This document shows positions 47,187-56,888 of a stretch of 64,000 nt of DNA, piece by piece; the first letter of the stretch is position 1; each line of letters opens with the position of its first letter. Both the position numbers and the translations under genes were made by a program. Source of the DNA: an uncultured Gammaproteobacteria bacterium (GTDB taxonomy: Bacteria > Patescibacteriota > Microgenomatia > Daviesbacterales > UBA10151); the NCBI GenBank assembly GCA_964649615.1, contig CAZYPW010000002.1, forward strand, positions 66,969-130,968, given 5' to 3'. The notes under the pieces are model-generated. The model had not been told where the DNA came from. It did not search any database and saw nothing but the letters and a program-made list of their open reading frames with translations.

Positions 47187-47906
47187 ATGTCAAAACCTTA
47201 TCTTTCTTTAGTGCTAGCGCTTTATAATGAAGGACCAACTTTAGAACACAGCCTAAAAAGTATTTACCAATCTTTAAATAGCACTAAGAAATCTTGGGAA
47301 GTAATTCTAGTGGAAGATAAGAGCACTGATAATACCCTGGAAAGGATACAAAAATTATTGCCTAATTTAAAAAATACTAAACTGATTACACACCAAGAAA
47401 ACCAGGGGCGGGGAAGAACTGTTAGTGATGGAATCAAAGCTGCTAAAGGTATTTACAGTGGATTCTTAGATGTGGATTTAGAAGTTTCATCCGAATATAT
47501 ACCACTATTTATTAAAGAATTAGAAAAAGGATTTGATATGGTTGTGGCTAATAGATTTTATGAAAAAAACTTTAGAGCAATCACAAGAGTCGTTAGCTCC
47601 GTGGGTTATAAAATAATCGTTAATACTCTTTTACATCTTCCTATCAATGATACTGAAGCCGGGTACAAATTTTTTAAAACAAACAAAATACTGCCTGTAT
47701 TATCAAAAATTACAGAGAAAGGATGGTTTTGGGATACTGAAATTTGTGCTAGGGCCTACTGGACAGGACTAAAACTTAGCCAAATACCAGTTCTATTTGT
47801 TAGAAATACTAACAAGAAATCTACGGTCAGATTAATACCTGACACTTTGGATTATCTGATAAAAATATATCAATTCAGAATGAAAAATTCTGATAATTTT
47901 AAATAA
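47187..47906 (+). CDS. GT2 polyprenyl-phosphate sugar synthase-like
   Basis: YNE, VED.STD, N.GRG, D.DL, DTEAGYK, WFWDTE. Confidence 0.85.
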   Translation: MSKPYLSLVLALYNEGPTLEHSLKSIYQSLNSTKKSWEVILVEDKSTDNTLERIQKLLPNLKNTKLITHQENQGRGRTVSDGIKAAKGIYSGFLDVDLEVSSEYIPLFIKELEKGFDMVVANRFYEKNFRAITRVVSSVGYKIIVNTLLHLPINDTEAGYKFFKTNKILPVLSKITEKGWFWDTEICARAYWTGLKLSQIPVLFVRNTNKKSTVRLIPDTLDYLIKIYQFRMKNSDNFK

Positions 47907-47910
47907 TTAA

Positions 47911-49041
47911 ATGCCAGTTAATAACTACATTATACCTTTGCACAAACCCTTTTGGGGAAGGGAGGAAGAAAAAGCAGCTGTGCTAGCTATGCGTAATGGA
48001 ATAGGAATCGGGGATTTAAGTTATAGTGAAGAATTATCTAAAGCATTATCGAAATTAATTGGCAGCAAATACGCTCTTCCAGTTGGCTCAGGTACTTCTG
48101 CACTGGAATTAGCCTGCGCTTGTATTTTAAAAAAGGGAGATGAGGTCATTTTACCCTCCTTCACCTTTTCCTCTTGTGCAAATGCTGTGCTTTTGGCTGG
48201 TGCAAAACCTGTCTTTGCAGATATCGATATTCAAACTTACAACATTGATCCGCTAGAGATAGAAAAATTGATCACTAAAAAAACAAAAGCTATCATGGTC
48301 GTGCATTATGCTGGCATGGCAGCTGATATGGCAGCAATCAATAGAATTGCCCAGAACTATAACCTTTTGGTCATTGAAGATGCAGCCCATGCCTTAGGGG
48401 CAAAATACCAGGGAGTGCATTTGGGAACTATCGGCACAATAGGCTGTTACTCATTCCATGGCACTAAAAATGCCGTTTCTGGAGAAGGCGGGGCCTTTAT
48501 TACCAGTGACTCTAAAATTCATAAAGTAGCTGAGATTATCAGGGAAAAAGGAACAAATCGCTCTTCATTTATGAGGGGTGAGAGAAGAAAATATTCTTGG
48601 GTCAGGATCGGACGAAGCTTAATTTTATCTGATATTTTATCAGCAATAGCTCTAGTACAAATCAGAAAATTAAACCAGATTACCACCTTAAGGCAAGAAA
48701 AAGCCCAAAATTTATTGAAGAAGTTGCAGATACTCTCTTCAAAAATCATTTTACCTATAGTAAGCAGTGGAACTGATCCGAACTGGCATATTTTTGCCAT
48801 ACGGGTACCCAGATCTTCCCGCAACCGTATTATAAAAGACCTTAAATCTTATGGAATTGAAGCTGCTTTTCATTTTTTACCTCTCCATACCTCACTGATG
48901 GGACAACAACTGGGTTTTAAAAAAGGAGATTTAGCAGTAACAGAAGAGGTTTCCCAAACATTAATTAGATTGCCAATTTATCCACAGCTGAAAAATAGTG
49001 AAATTGATTATCTGGTGGATGTGTTAAAGAAAATACTTTAA
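47911..49041 (+). CDS. DegT/WecE-family NDP-sugar aminotransferase (PLP)
   Basis: SGTSALE, PSFTF, VHYAG, EDAAHA, SFHGTKN..SGEGG, EKGTNRS (WecE/RffA-like), RLP. Confidence 0.9.
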   Translation: MPVNNYIIPLHKPFWGREEEKAAVLAMRNGIGIGDLSYSEELSKALSKLIGSKYALPVGSGTSALELACACILKKGDEVILPSFTFSSCANAVLLAGAKPVFADIDIQTYNIDPLEIEKLITKKTKAIMVVHYAGMAADMAAINRIAQNYNLLVIEDAAHALGAKYQGVHLGTIGTIGCYSFHGTKNAVSGEGGAFITSDSKIHKVAEIIREKGTNRSSFMRGERRKYSWVRIGRSLILSDILSAIALVQIRKLNQITTLRQEKAQNLLKKLQILSSKIILPIVSSGTDPNWHIFAIRVPRSSRNRIIKDLKSYGIEAAFHFLPLHTSLMGQQLGFKKGDLAVTEEVSQTLIRLPIYPQLKNSEIDYLVDVLKKIL

Positions 49042-49045
49042 TAAT

Positions 49046-50575
49046 TTATTCTTCCTTTCTTATATAGACTCTATATCCTCCAGCTTTAAAAGACTGTAAC
49101 GTTGATAAATCTTCATTCAAAGGTATTCTATCTTCTGAAAGAATAACTGTATACTCTACCTTTATTTTACTTATTTCACTGGGATATAACCATCCTAGGC
49201 TACTATCTGTATAGCTTTGAGCAGGTGTTCTTCCATATACCTTAAATAAATATCTCCAACCTTCATAGTTATGGCATATTCCCCTTCCTTCAATAGCAAA
49301 GCTATCACCTACCACACTCATTACTTTACTAATTAACTGCCTTTTAGGGCCTAAACTAAATTCATCAGAGGTTCTTAAAACAGTATTAATGCCTAAAAAA
49401 GAAATAATAAATATTAGAATTAGTGAAAACAGCTGCTGTCTTTTTTTAAGCCCACTAATTAATATTCCAGGTACAAATATAAATAACACCATAATAGAAA
49501 GAGTGTAGTATTCTGAAGAAGCCCCGGGATAAATTACAAATGAAAGAAGCGCCACTAATAGAAAAAGGGCCAATAATTTATACTCTTTATTTTTACTGCT
49601 TTTGCTTACCCAAAAGAAATAAATAAGTAAAAATAAAGTTAGTATAGATAAGAGGGATGGGGCATCTGTTCTACTAGAGTGAAGATCCATATTTTTAAAT
49701 TCTGATTTAATTGTTAGAGGGTTGCAGCTAAAATTTATTTCATCTGCATTTGGGTTTCCAGCTCTCAAGTACCAGAATCTTCCCAGGCTATCAAAAAGGG
49801 ATTTAAACTTCGTCTCTGGATCAAATGCAATCTTCGATTGGCTAAAACTACTTTTAATCCGGGCAAAAGCAGTTAAATTACTAAAATCATGGTTAAGATC
49901 AAAAACAATAAGCGGCCAATAAAAAAATAAAAATACTAAAACACAACTCAAAAATAATTTTAAATTCTTAAAATATTTATCTTTTAAAAAGAAAAATAAT
50001 CCTATTAGGAAAAGGGGGGCGGGTATTAGATGAGTCTCTAAAACCACTCCAAAAAGTGCTGCATATAAAATCCAAAACCAAGCATTTTTTTTAATTAAAA
50101 CAATTGTCAATAGTAAAAGAACTGTTATTAGATTGGAAAACATAGTATTCCAATATTTTTGATCATAAAAAACAAATAAGGGTAAGGTGGCATATAATAA
50201 TGAGGCTACAGCTCCTGTGGTTAGATTAAATATTTTCCAGCCTACAAAAAATATAACAGTTGTAGTAATCACACCCAAAAATGCAGCAAAGTAGGCAGTA
50301 ATCATTGGGTCACCTGAAGATAACCAAAGAAGGAATGCGCTAAAGTAGGTAAAATAAGGTCCTAGATAAAATTCTAAAAAAGAGGCGCTTACACCAATCC
50401 AGATAGGATGAGGGTCTAAAACTTGGGTCCAGGCATAAGTTGCTTGATACTCTTCATCAAAATTAAATACATAAATATTATTTAAATTATAAAACCGTAA
50501 GAAAGCCGAAAGCCCAACAATTACACTTATTAAAATATAAATTTTAAATTTTTTAAGTAATGTAAAAATACTCAT
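49046..50575 (-). CDS. GT-C (ArnT-like) membrane glycosyltransferase, paralog B
   Basis: Shares DEEYQATYAWTQV, DQKYWN and EGRGICHNYEGWRYLFK with 45038-46561. Confidence 0.78.
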   Translation of the reverse strand: MSIFTLLKKFKIYILISVIVGLSAFLRFYNLNNIYVFNFDEEYQATYAWTQVLDPHPIWIGVSASFLEFYLGPYFTYFSAFLLWLSSGDPMITAYFAAFLGVITTTVIFFVGWKIFNLTTGAVASLLYATLPLFVFYDQKYWNTMFSNLITVLLLLTIVLIKKNAWFWILYAALFGVVLETHLIPAPLFLIGLFFFLKDKYFKNLKLFLSCVLVFLFFYWPLIVFDLNHDFSNLTAFARIKSSFSQSKIAFDPETKFKSLFDSLGRFWYLRAGNPNADEINFSCNPLTIKSEFKNMDLHSSRTDAPSLLSILTLFLLIYFFWVSKSSKNKEYKLLALFLLVALLSFVIYPGASSEYYTLSIMVLFIFVPGILISGLKKRQQLFSLILIFIISFLGINTVLRTSDEFSLGPKRQLISKVMSVVGDSFAIEGRGICHNYEGWRYLFKVYGRTPAQSYTDSSLGWLYPSEISKIKVEYTVILSEDRIPLNEDLSTLQSFKAGGYRVYIRKEE

Positions 50576-50576
50576 T

Positions 50577-51281
50577 TTAATCAAAAAATCTATATCTAAA
50601 AATTGTCCAAACAGCTTTTAGTCCATCAAAAAAATTAATCTTCTTGCCCTCCTCGTAAGTTCTTGGTATAACCTTTATAGGAATCTCCAATATTTTGGCT
50701 CCTTTTTTTAAAAACTTGGCAGTTATTTCAGGCTCAAACTCAAACCCCCTGCTTTTTAGTTTAATTCCGTCAAGGCAGCTTTTTCTAAAAACTTTATAAC
50801 ATGTTTCCATATCAGTCAGGTTGGAATTAAAAAGCAAATTGGTAAGATTTGTTAAAATCTTATTAGCAATCAAATGGGAAGGCAAAATAGTTTTATTCTT
50901 ACCCCAAAACCTAAGAGGATAATCTATGAGCCTGCTTCCATATACTACTTTTGTACGGTTTTGCAGAATTGGTTTAAGTAAAATAGGGTAGTAACTGGGA
51001 TCATATTCTAAATCAGCATCTTGAATAAGGATGATATCCCCCGCTGCAATTTTTAATCCATCTCTTATAGCTGTGCCTTTTCCTAAATTATTTTCATGAA
51101 AAATTTTTTTTATACCCCTCTCATCTCTTATTTCTTTAGAAGTGGCGTCTGTTGAGCCATCATCAACAACAATAATTTCTTTTTTAATCAGGCCTGGTAA
51201 TTTAACAGCATAAACTCTTCTTAAAATTTCATTGATAGTTTTCTCCTCATTAAAGACTGGAATAATTATCGATAAAATCAT
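50577..51281 (-). CDS. GT2, DPM1-like polyprenyl-phosphate glycosyltransferase
   Basis: IPVFNEE, VDDGSTD, QDADLEYDP, YGSR, TDMETCYK, EGKKI. Confidence 0.9.
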   Translation of the reverse strand: MILSIIIPVFNEEKTINEILRRVYAVKLPGLIKKEIIVVDDGSTDATSKEIRDERGIKKIFHENNLGKGTAIRDGLKIAAGDIILIQDADLEYDPSYYPILLKPILQNRTKVVYGSRLIDYPLRFWGKNKTILPSHLIANKILTNLTNLLFNSNLTDMETCYKVFRKSCLDGIKLKSRGFEFEPEITAKFLKKGAKILEIPIKVIPRTYEEGKKINFFDGLKAVWTIFRYRFFD

Positions 51282-51973
51282 TTGTTAATTTTTCTGGCAA
51301 TAACCAATATAGAAGTTCCCACTGGTGGCTCAAAAATATTTTCAAGCAATAAAAAAATGGGAGAGATTAGATTAAATATTTTAATTTTTCCTTCACTAAC
51401 TTGGGTTTCTTTAAAAAATTTACCTGCAATGAACCATCCGATACTTCCTAGAAAATTTAAGTTTCTAATTTTAACTATTTCAAAATTGCACTCTTTTAGT
51501 AATCTTTCCAATTGTCCCCTTTCGTAACGCCGATAATGACCAATAGATTGATCAATTAAGTTATAAAGAAATTGATGTGCAGGCACAAGTAAAATTAGAA
51601 TTCTATTAGTTGCTAATAATTTATGAATATTTTTAAGGGCTGCTTTATCATCCTTAATATGTTCTAAAACATTTATGCAAACTACAGTACTGAAATTTCT
51701 TTCCTTAAAAAAATACTTTCCACTTTCAACATCTCCAAACCCAATTTGGGCTTTACCTTGAACCCGTTTTTTAGCCTCTTTTATATAATCTTCATTTATA
51801 TCTATAGCTAATAAATGCCCATACTTTGCTAGAAAACTGGTAAAATTACCTATTCCGCAACCAATTTCCAAAATAGGAGGAGTTAAATAATTACTAAATT
51901 GCTTCTTGGTCCATCTGTTATACCAGGTGGCTTGGCTCATTGATTCTAAAGTTTTGCTGGATTGATCAATCAT
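51278..51973 (-). CDS. Class I SAM-dependent methyltransferase
   Basis: LEIGCGIG, NVLEHI.DD, VPA, D..IGHYRRY. Confidence 0.88.
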   Translation of the reverse strand: MIDQSSKTLESMSQATWYNRWTKKQFSNYLTPPILEIGCGIGNFTSFLAKYGHLLAIDINEDYIKEAKKRVQGKAQIGFGDVESGKYFFKERNFSTVVCINVLEHIKDDKAALKNIHKLLATNRILILLVPAHQFLYNLIDQSIGHYRRYERGQLERLLKECNFEIVKIRNLNFLGSIGWFIAGKFFKETQVSEGKIKIFNLISPIFLLLENIFEPPVGTSILVIARKINK

Positions 51974-52761
51974 AGAATTATTCTCTTTATTTTTCTCAAG
52001 GGGGTTAACATTTTAGCTGTGAGATATTTCAAACCAGAAATTTTTGTCCAGGGAGAGGCAATAAATTCAGGATTTTGATATAAAACTTCTGGAAATTTAA
52101 ATCCATCTTTCACTTGATTCCCTATTTCATACTTAAATTTATCATATTCTCTTTTTTTAGAAGATCTTTTTAAATGAGTTACATGCAAAAATGGAGCATC
52201 CAAAAAAATAATCTTTTCTCTTTCCTGAATTAATTTTCCTTTATTATCAAAAAAGCCCTCTTTTCCGTAAGGCCAATCTAAATGTAGGCCAGAAATACTC
52301 TTACTGAAGGCTTTTAAACTCAAATGCCCGGTTTTGCCTAAAATTTTATATCTGCCTGCTTTCTCATCCTGTAAATGATAAATATCGCCAACTGGAACCA
52401 CCATGGGTACAACTATGCCTTCAATTTTACTGCCAATTTTCTTAATTTCCTTTACCAGACTGTTAATAGAATCTTTCCACCAGATCTCATCTCCATCTAA
52501 AATTAGTATCCAGTCTGCCCTTGACTCTTCAAGCATCTTCTGGCGCATTTTAGTAAACTCAAGGGGGGTAACCTTTCCCACCTGTTTAAACTCAATCTTC
52601 TCTCCTTTAATCTTTTTTAACTCTTTTATAATATCTACAGTTCTGTCTTTAGATCCTGTATCATAAATCAATACTTTATCTACATAATCCACCACACTCA
52701 TGACTGCAAAATACAAAAAATTTTCTTCATTATTCACAATAGTATTAGCCCAAACTTTCAC
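51970..52761 (-). CDS. GT2 glycosyltransferase
   Basis: V.NEE, DTGSKD.T, W...LDGDE. Confidence 0.85.
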   Translation of the reverse strand: MKVWANTIVNNEENFLYFAVMSVVDYVDKVLIYDTGSKDRTVDIIKELKKIKGEKIEFKQVGKVTPLEFTKMRQKMLEESRADWILILDGDEIWWKDSINSLVKEIKKIGSKIEGIVVPMVVPVGDIYHLQDEKAGRYKILGKTGHLSLKAFSKSISGLHLDWPYGKEGFFDNKGKLIQEREKIIFLDAPFLHVTHLKRSSKKREYDKFKYEIGNQVKDGFKFPEVLYQNPEFIASPWTKISGLKYLTAKMLTPLRKIKRIIL

Positions 52762-54023
52762 TTTGATTTCCTTAATTTAAATATTAACCAAATTAGAGGA
52801 TAGAGAAAATTAAAAGTCGTACCAGCTAATACTGTTAAAGATGCACCAATAACTCCATAACTTTGTATCATCAGATAACCTAAACTTCCGATTAATAATA
52901 AATGCCCAATTGATACCCATATAAAAACATCTGGCCTGCCAAAATAAAAAATAACACTATGGTGCACTGGTAAAGAGATTAGGAAAACAAGCATTGCTAG
53001 GAATAAAAATATAAATGGCATAATTACCTCCTGGTAGTTTGAACCTAAAAGTATTGGAATAAGATATATTAAGATAGGAATTGTTAAAATGCCCAATAAA
53101 CATAGGCTCAAAACAAACAGTTGGAATTTTTTAAAATAAACTAACATATCTTTACTGCTTTGAAATGAGGCAAATTTTGGTGCTGCCACTAGCCCCAAAG
53201 CAGAAACCAGTTGCGGCATAACTTGAACCAGTTGAGTCGCAGCTCCATAAATTCCTACCTCCCTGCTAGAAAGTAGCGCCGCGTTTAAATAAATATCTAA
53301 TCGGGCGGAAAATGCAGCTATAGCGGTGAAGACAGCAACAGGAATATTATACTTAAATAATTCTTTAGACAAACTAAATTCATCCTTGCTTGCTAAAATT
53401 TTCCTGGAGGGAAGGATAAAAAGAGTTACAAAAAAACCAAAAAATGGCATTAATATATATACTAATAGGCTGTTTTCAACATTAAGCATAAGAAAATACG
53501 CTAGTATAAGTATCAAGATTAATCTTAAAGAGTTAGTAAAAATATTCATCGCACTCCAAAGGAAATATTTCTGGTATGCCTGTAAAGAGGAAGTTGCAAA
53601 GCTAAAAAGTAAAGCTCCTCCTATACCAAAGCAGATTAATCTTAACGGTAAAATTAACTCCGCCTTATGAAAAACTTCAGTTGCTAAAAATGGAGCTAAA
53701 AAGAAAATAATCAAAGAGGATACAAACCAAGCCATCAATTTTATTTCCAGGCTTAGTTTTAAAAATTGGTATGCTTTTATGCTATTTACTGCCAAATTTG
53801 AAGATACAAAACGAATTAATCCGGTATTTGTCCCTAAATCTACTATATCTGCAATTAAAACTAGAGTTGTCAGGGCAATTGTGAGTAATCCAAAATCAGA
53901 GGGACCTAGCAGTCTTGCTAAGATTACATAGAATAAGGCTCCTAAAACCCCATTAATAAGCGTACCAAAAACTGTAATTTGAGATTGTTTAAAAGTGGCT
54001 GTTCTAATAATAGATCTGAGCAT
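52758..54023 (-). CDS. Wzx-type flippase
   Basis: ARLLGPSDFG, DLG, about 12 TM, VG.Y..A, YG..GA. Confidence 0.85.
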   Translation of the reverse strand: MLRSIIRTATFKQSQITVFGTLINGVLGALFYVILARLLGPSDFGLLTIALTTLVLIADIVDLGTNTGLIRFVSSNLAVNSIKAYQFLKLSLEIKLMAWFVSSLIIFFLAPFLATEVFHKAELILPLRLICFGIGGALLFSFATSSLQAYQKYFLWSAMNIFTNSLRLILILILAYFLMLNVENSLLVYILMPFFGFFVTLFILPSRKILASKDEFSLSKELFKYNIPVAVFTAIAAFSARLDIYLNAALLSSREVGIYGAATQLVQVMPQLVSALGLVAAPKFASFQSSKDMLVYFKKFQLFVLSLCLLGILTIPILIYLIPILLGSNYQEVIMPFIFLFLAMLVFLISLPVHHSVIFYFGRPDVFIWVSIGHLLLIGSLGYLMIQSYGVIGASLTVLAGTTFNFLYPLIWLIFKLRKSK

Positions 54024-54030
54024 ATAGCCA

Positions 54031-56715
54031 TTATATAGTTAAATTTTTAGATTTGCTGTATCTTATTAAAAGTAATATTAATATAAGAACTGTCAGGGAA
54101 GAAATTATCAATCCAAAGTTAACATATTTCTGGGCCTCAAATTCCACAATATATTGTCCATCTTTATCAATTTTATATCCATTCAATAAACTATATACTG
54201 GCAGGGAAGGCTGACCATTCATCTTCCATAGAGAATCATAGTTTTGAGAAAAAACCAAAAATGATTCTCCTGCTAAACCCTCAATAGTTACTATATATTT
54301 AGTAGGATCTATCTTCTGATAAGTTATCTTTGGATTATTTGTATTATTAATATTTACATTAGCAAAATCCAAAACTCTATCCTGTAAGCTCTTTGCTTTA
54401 TCCTGATAATTGAGCCATTCGTTTTTATCTATAGTTACTAATGCATTGACTACATTAATTGGTCCTGTAGAACTTATTTGTAAATCTTCTCCATCTTTTG
54501 GCAACTCCCCAACTTCAAACCATCTAATATTAGTCTTAGCTTCTACCTTAGTTGTTATTTCCCCAATCAATTGATCATCCTGATAAAATTTTAAATCTCC
54601 ACTTCTTGAACTCTCCATTACTCTTACCAAAAGTATGTCATCTTTTTTCACTTTTAACTTTTCATTTTTCACTTTTAACTTTAAATTTCCCTCTCCAACT
54701 GCCCAGCCACCGCCTAAATCAAAATCTTGATTATCAATCTGGTATTTGTTAACTAAAAAATCCCTCCATCTACCTAAATCAGCTGACTCCCTTTTCCACC
54801 AGCCGCTTTGATTAGGTTCAAAATCCAGTTGGTTAGCAGGAAAAATTAAATCAGAAACTTTTATAAAACTGGCTGCCAAATCCACTTCAGTTTTATTATT
54901 TAAAATAATTTTGGCAGTGGGTAATTCATCAATTCTTTTTCCTAGCCCTGGGGATTCTTCTGCAAAAATTAGGGCATTTTTTGATAATTGTAAATTTGCA
55001 CTTTTAGTTGCTTCCTTATAAATACTGTCAGATCCAATTACCCACCATATATTAGAGGGAGCAAAAAATCTATCTTGATGTTTAGTAGTTTTTAGAACAG
55101 GTATTTTCAGAGAATCTACTTTTGAAAGCCAGGGTAATTTGGAGAGCTGATCCAAAAAAAGATAATAATATCTAATATTATCTGGGTGCAAATTATCACG
55201 TCTTTGGTTCAGATATGGATAAACTATATATCCTATTCCTGCTACATCAAAAATTTCCCCCATATATGGAGCTTCTCTTAAGTAGTTAAGGGTTTCATAA
55301 CTTCCTGTTATTCCTACTGCAAATGGTCTCTTTTGAGCATATCTTGATGCTTCGAGTAATGGATGGTTATTACTTACATGTCCAAGAGGCGCCTTAGTGG
55401 GAATCCAAAAAACTCTTGAGTAATTATGGTCATTTTTAAGATATTCACTTAACTCCAAATATTCAAGAATAAATAATGGCTGGGAAAGTAATCCAGTCAT
55501 TTGACCTAAAAAAGCAGGCCTTATTAACCATACAAAATATATCAAAATTAAATATGGGATTATCTTAAAAATATAGCTTTTAAATTTACTTTTTCTTAAA
55601 CTAATTTCCTGAATAGTTATAGCTATCAGAACACTGTAAGCTAAACATATATAAAAGTAGAACTTTGTGGGATCCCTAAAAAGGGAGAATCCAGGGATAT
55701 GCGTAAATAACCAAGAATAAATTTGCCCAAAAGGATTCTGTGATCCCTTAGATAAAAAGACACCTAAAACTGCAACAATCAACCAAAAACCAACAACTTT
55801 ATCTTTCCTCCGCAAAATTGGCGCAAGAAAAACTAAGATTGGAATAAAAATAAAATCCCATCCTAGATTAGATATTTGTCCAAAAATGTTTTTATACCAA
55901 TGGGGTTGTTGTAGCAATAGTGCATGGCCAACTGAAGAAAAACTTAAGAAATCAACCTGAGAAATTCTTTCATAAGTTTGTGGCAATTGGGGAGTCTTTA
56001 TTAAAATTGAAGGCAATATCCAATATGCATGAAATGAAATTAGTACAACTGCAAGAAACATCATACCTAAAAAAGATTGTTTAATTAACTCTAATCTTTT
56101 ACCTATTTTTCTAAAAATTTCAAAAATGAAGCTTAAAAATAATATGGGTATTAAAAGATAAATAAATCTAATATCTAAAATTGATATTAGTAGAATTGAA
56201 GAAGTAAAATATAATTTATATCTGAAACTGTAAACATCCATCATTTTCAAAAAGAGATAAAAAACTAACGGTGAAATGGCATAAACTAAAGCTAAAGAAA
56301 TCTGTCCTCCATCAAAAAGTAAAATAAAATAGCTATTTGCTAGATAAAAAAAGATTCCTAAATATTTTCCAAAACCTTTAATATTAAAGAACCCAAGCAG
56401 TTTTGATGAAGAAAAAAATCCTATTAAAAATACCAGTCCACCCATTAATTTTGTTTGCATGGATGGTGGAATTGATAAAGCTGAAAGAATACTAAATAAA
56501 GAGTGAAGTGGTTGAGCCCAAAGAGTTATGCCAGTGTACTCACCTAAACCATCAGCTACATTTGTTTCTCTAAAGATCCAGGGAATTATCTGTTCTGATA
56601 CAGGAACATCATGCGGTAGGTGATAATCATTAGCTACTCTTACACCCGGTATCCAAAATATCCAAAAGGTAGAAATAAATAGCAGTAAAATTAAAATTGT
56701 AAATTTTTTGTCCAT
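54031..56715 (-). CDS. Large GT-C membrane protein (AftD/YfhO-like)
   Basis: Multi-TM N-terminus, LSKG...PF, FRDPTKF, RVFWIP, C-terminal FSQNYD..W...NGY + terminal TM. Confidence 0.7.
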   Translation of the reverse strand: MDKKFTILILLLFISTFWIFWIPGVRVANDYHLPHDVPVSEQIIPWIFRETNVADGLGEYTGITLWAQPLHSLFSILSALSIPPSMQTKLMGGLVFLIGFFSSSKLLGFFNIKGFGKYLGIFFYLANSYFILLFDGGQISLALVYAISPLVFYLFLKMMDVYSFRYKLYFTSSILLISILDIRFIYLLIPILFLSFIFEIFRKIGKRLELIKQSFLGMMFLAVVLISFHAYWILPSILIKTPQLPQTYERISQVDFLSFSSVGHALLLQQPHWYKNIFGQISNLGWDFIFIPILVFLAPILRRKDKVVGFWLIVAVLGVFLSKGSQNPFGQIYSWLFTHIPGFSLFRDPTKFYFYICLAYSVLIAITIQEISLRKSKFKSYIFKIIPYLILIYFVWLIRPAFLGQMTGLLSQPLFILEYLELSEYLKNDHNYSRVFWIPTKAPLGHVSNNHPLLEASRYAQKRPFAVGITGSYETLNYLREAPYMGEIFDVAGIGYIVYPYLNQRRDNLHPDNIRYYYLFLDQLSKLPWLSKVDSLKIPVLKTTKHQDRFFAPSNIWWVIGSDSIYKEATKSANLQLSKNALIFAEESPGLGKRIDELPTAKIILNNKTEVDLAASFIKVSDLIFPANQLDFEPNQSGWWKRESADLGRWRDFLVNKYQIDNQDFDLGGGWAVGEGNLKLKVKNEKLKVKKDDILLVRVMESSRSGDLKFYQDDQLIGEITTKVEAKTNIRWFEVGELPKDGEDLQISSTGPINVVNALVTIDKNEWLNYQDKAKSLQDRVLDFANVNINNTNNPKITYQKIDPTKYIVTIEGLAGESFLVFSQNYDSLWKMNGQPSLPVYSLLNGYKIDKDGQYIVEFEAQKYVNFGLIISSLTVLILILLLIRYSKSKNLTI

Positions 56716-56717
56716 AT

Positions 56718-56888
56718 CTATTTACTCAATCTTAAAATATAGAAAACTGTTCCTAGAATAATTAAAATGAAAATATATTCAGAAAAAATTAGTGCAAAAC
56801 CAAAATGATTGGTAATTAGTATTAATCCTAAAAGTAACAATTCCAAAACTGAAAGGATAAATATATTTTGTATTAACTGATTATTCAT
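56718..56888 (-). CDS. 56-aa two-TM membrane protein (absent from the ORF track)
   Basis: MNNQLIQNIFILSVLELLLLGLILITNHFGFALIFSEYIFILIILGTVFYILRLSK*; TGATG overlap with the upstream stop, ends 2 nt before the next ATG. Confidence 0.7.
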   Translation of the reverse strand: MNNQLIQNIFILSVLELLLLGLILITNHFGFALIFSEYIFILIILGTVFYILRLSK

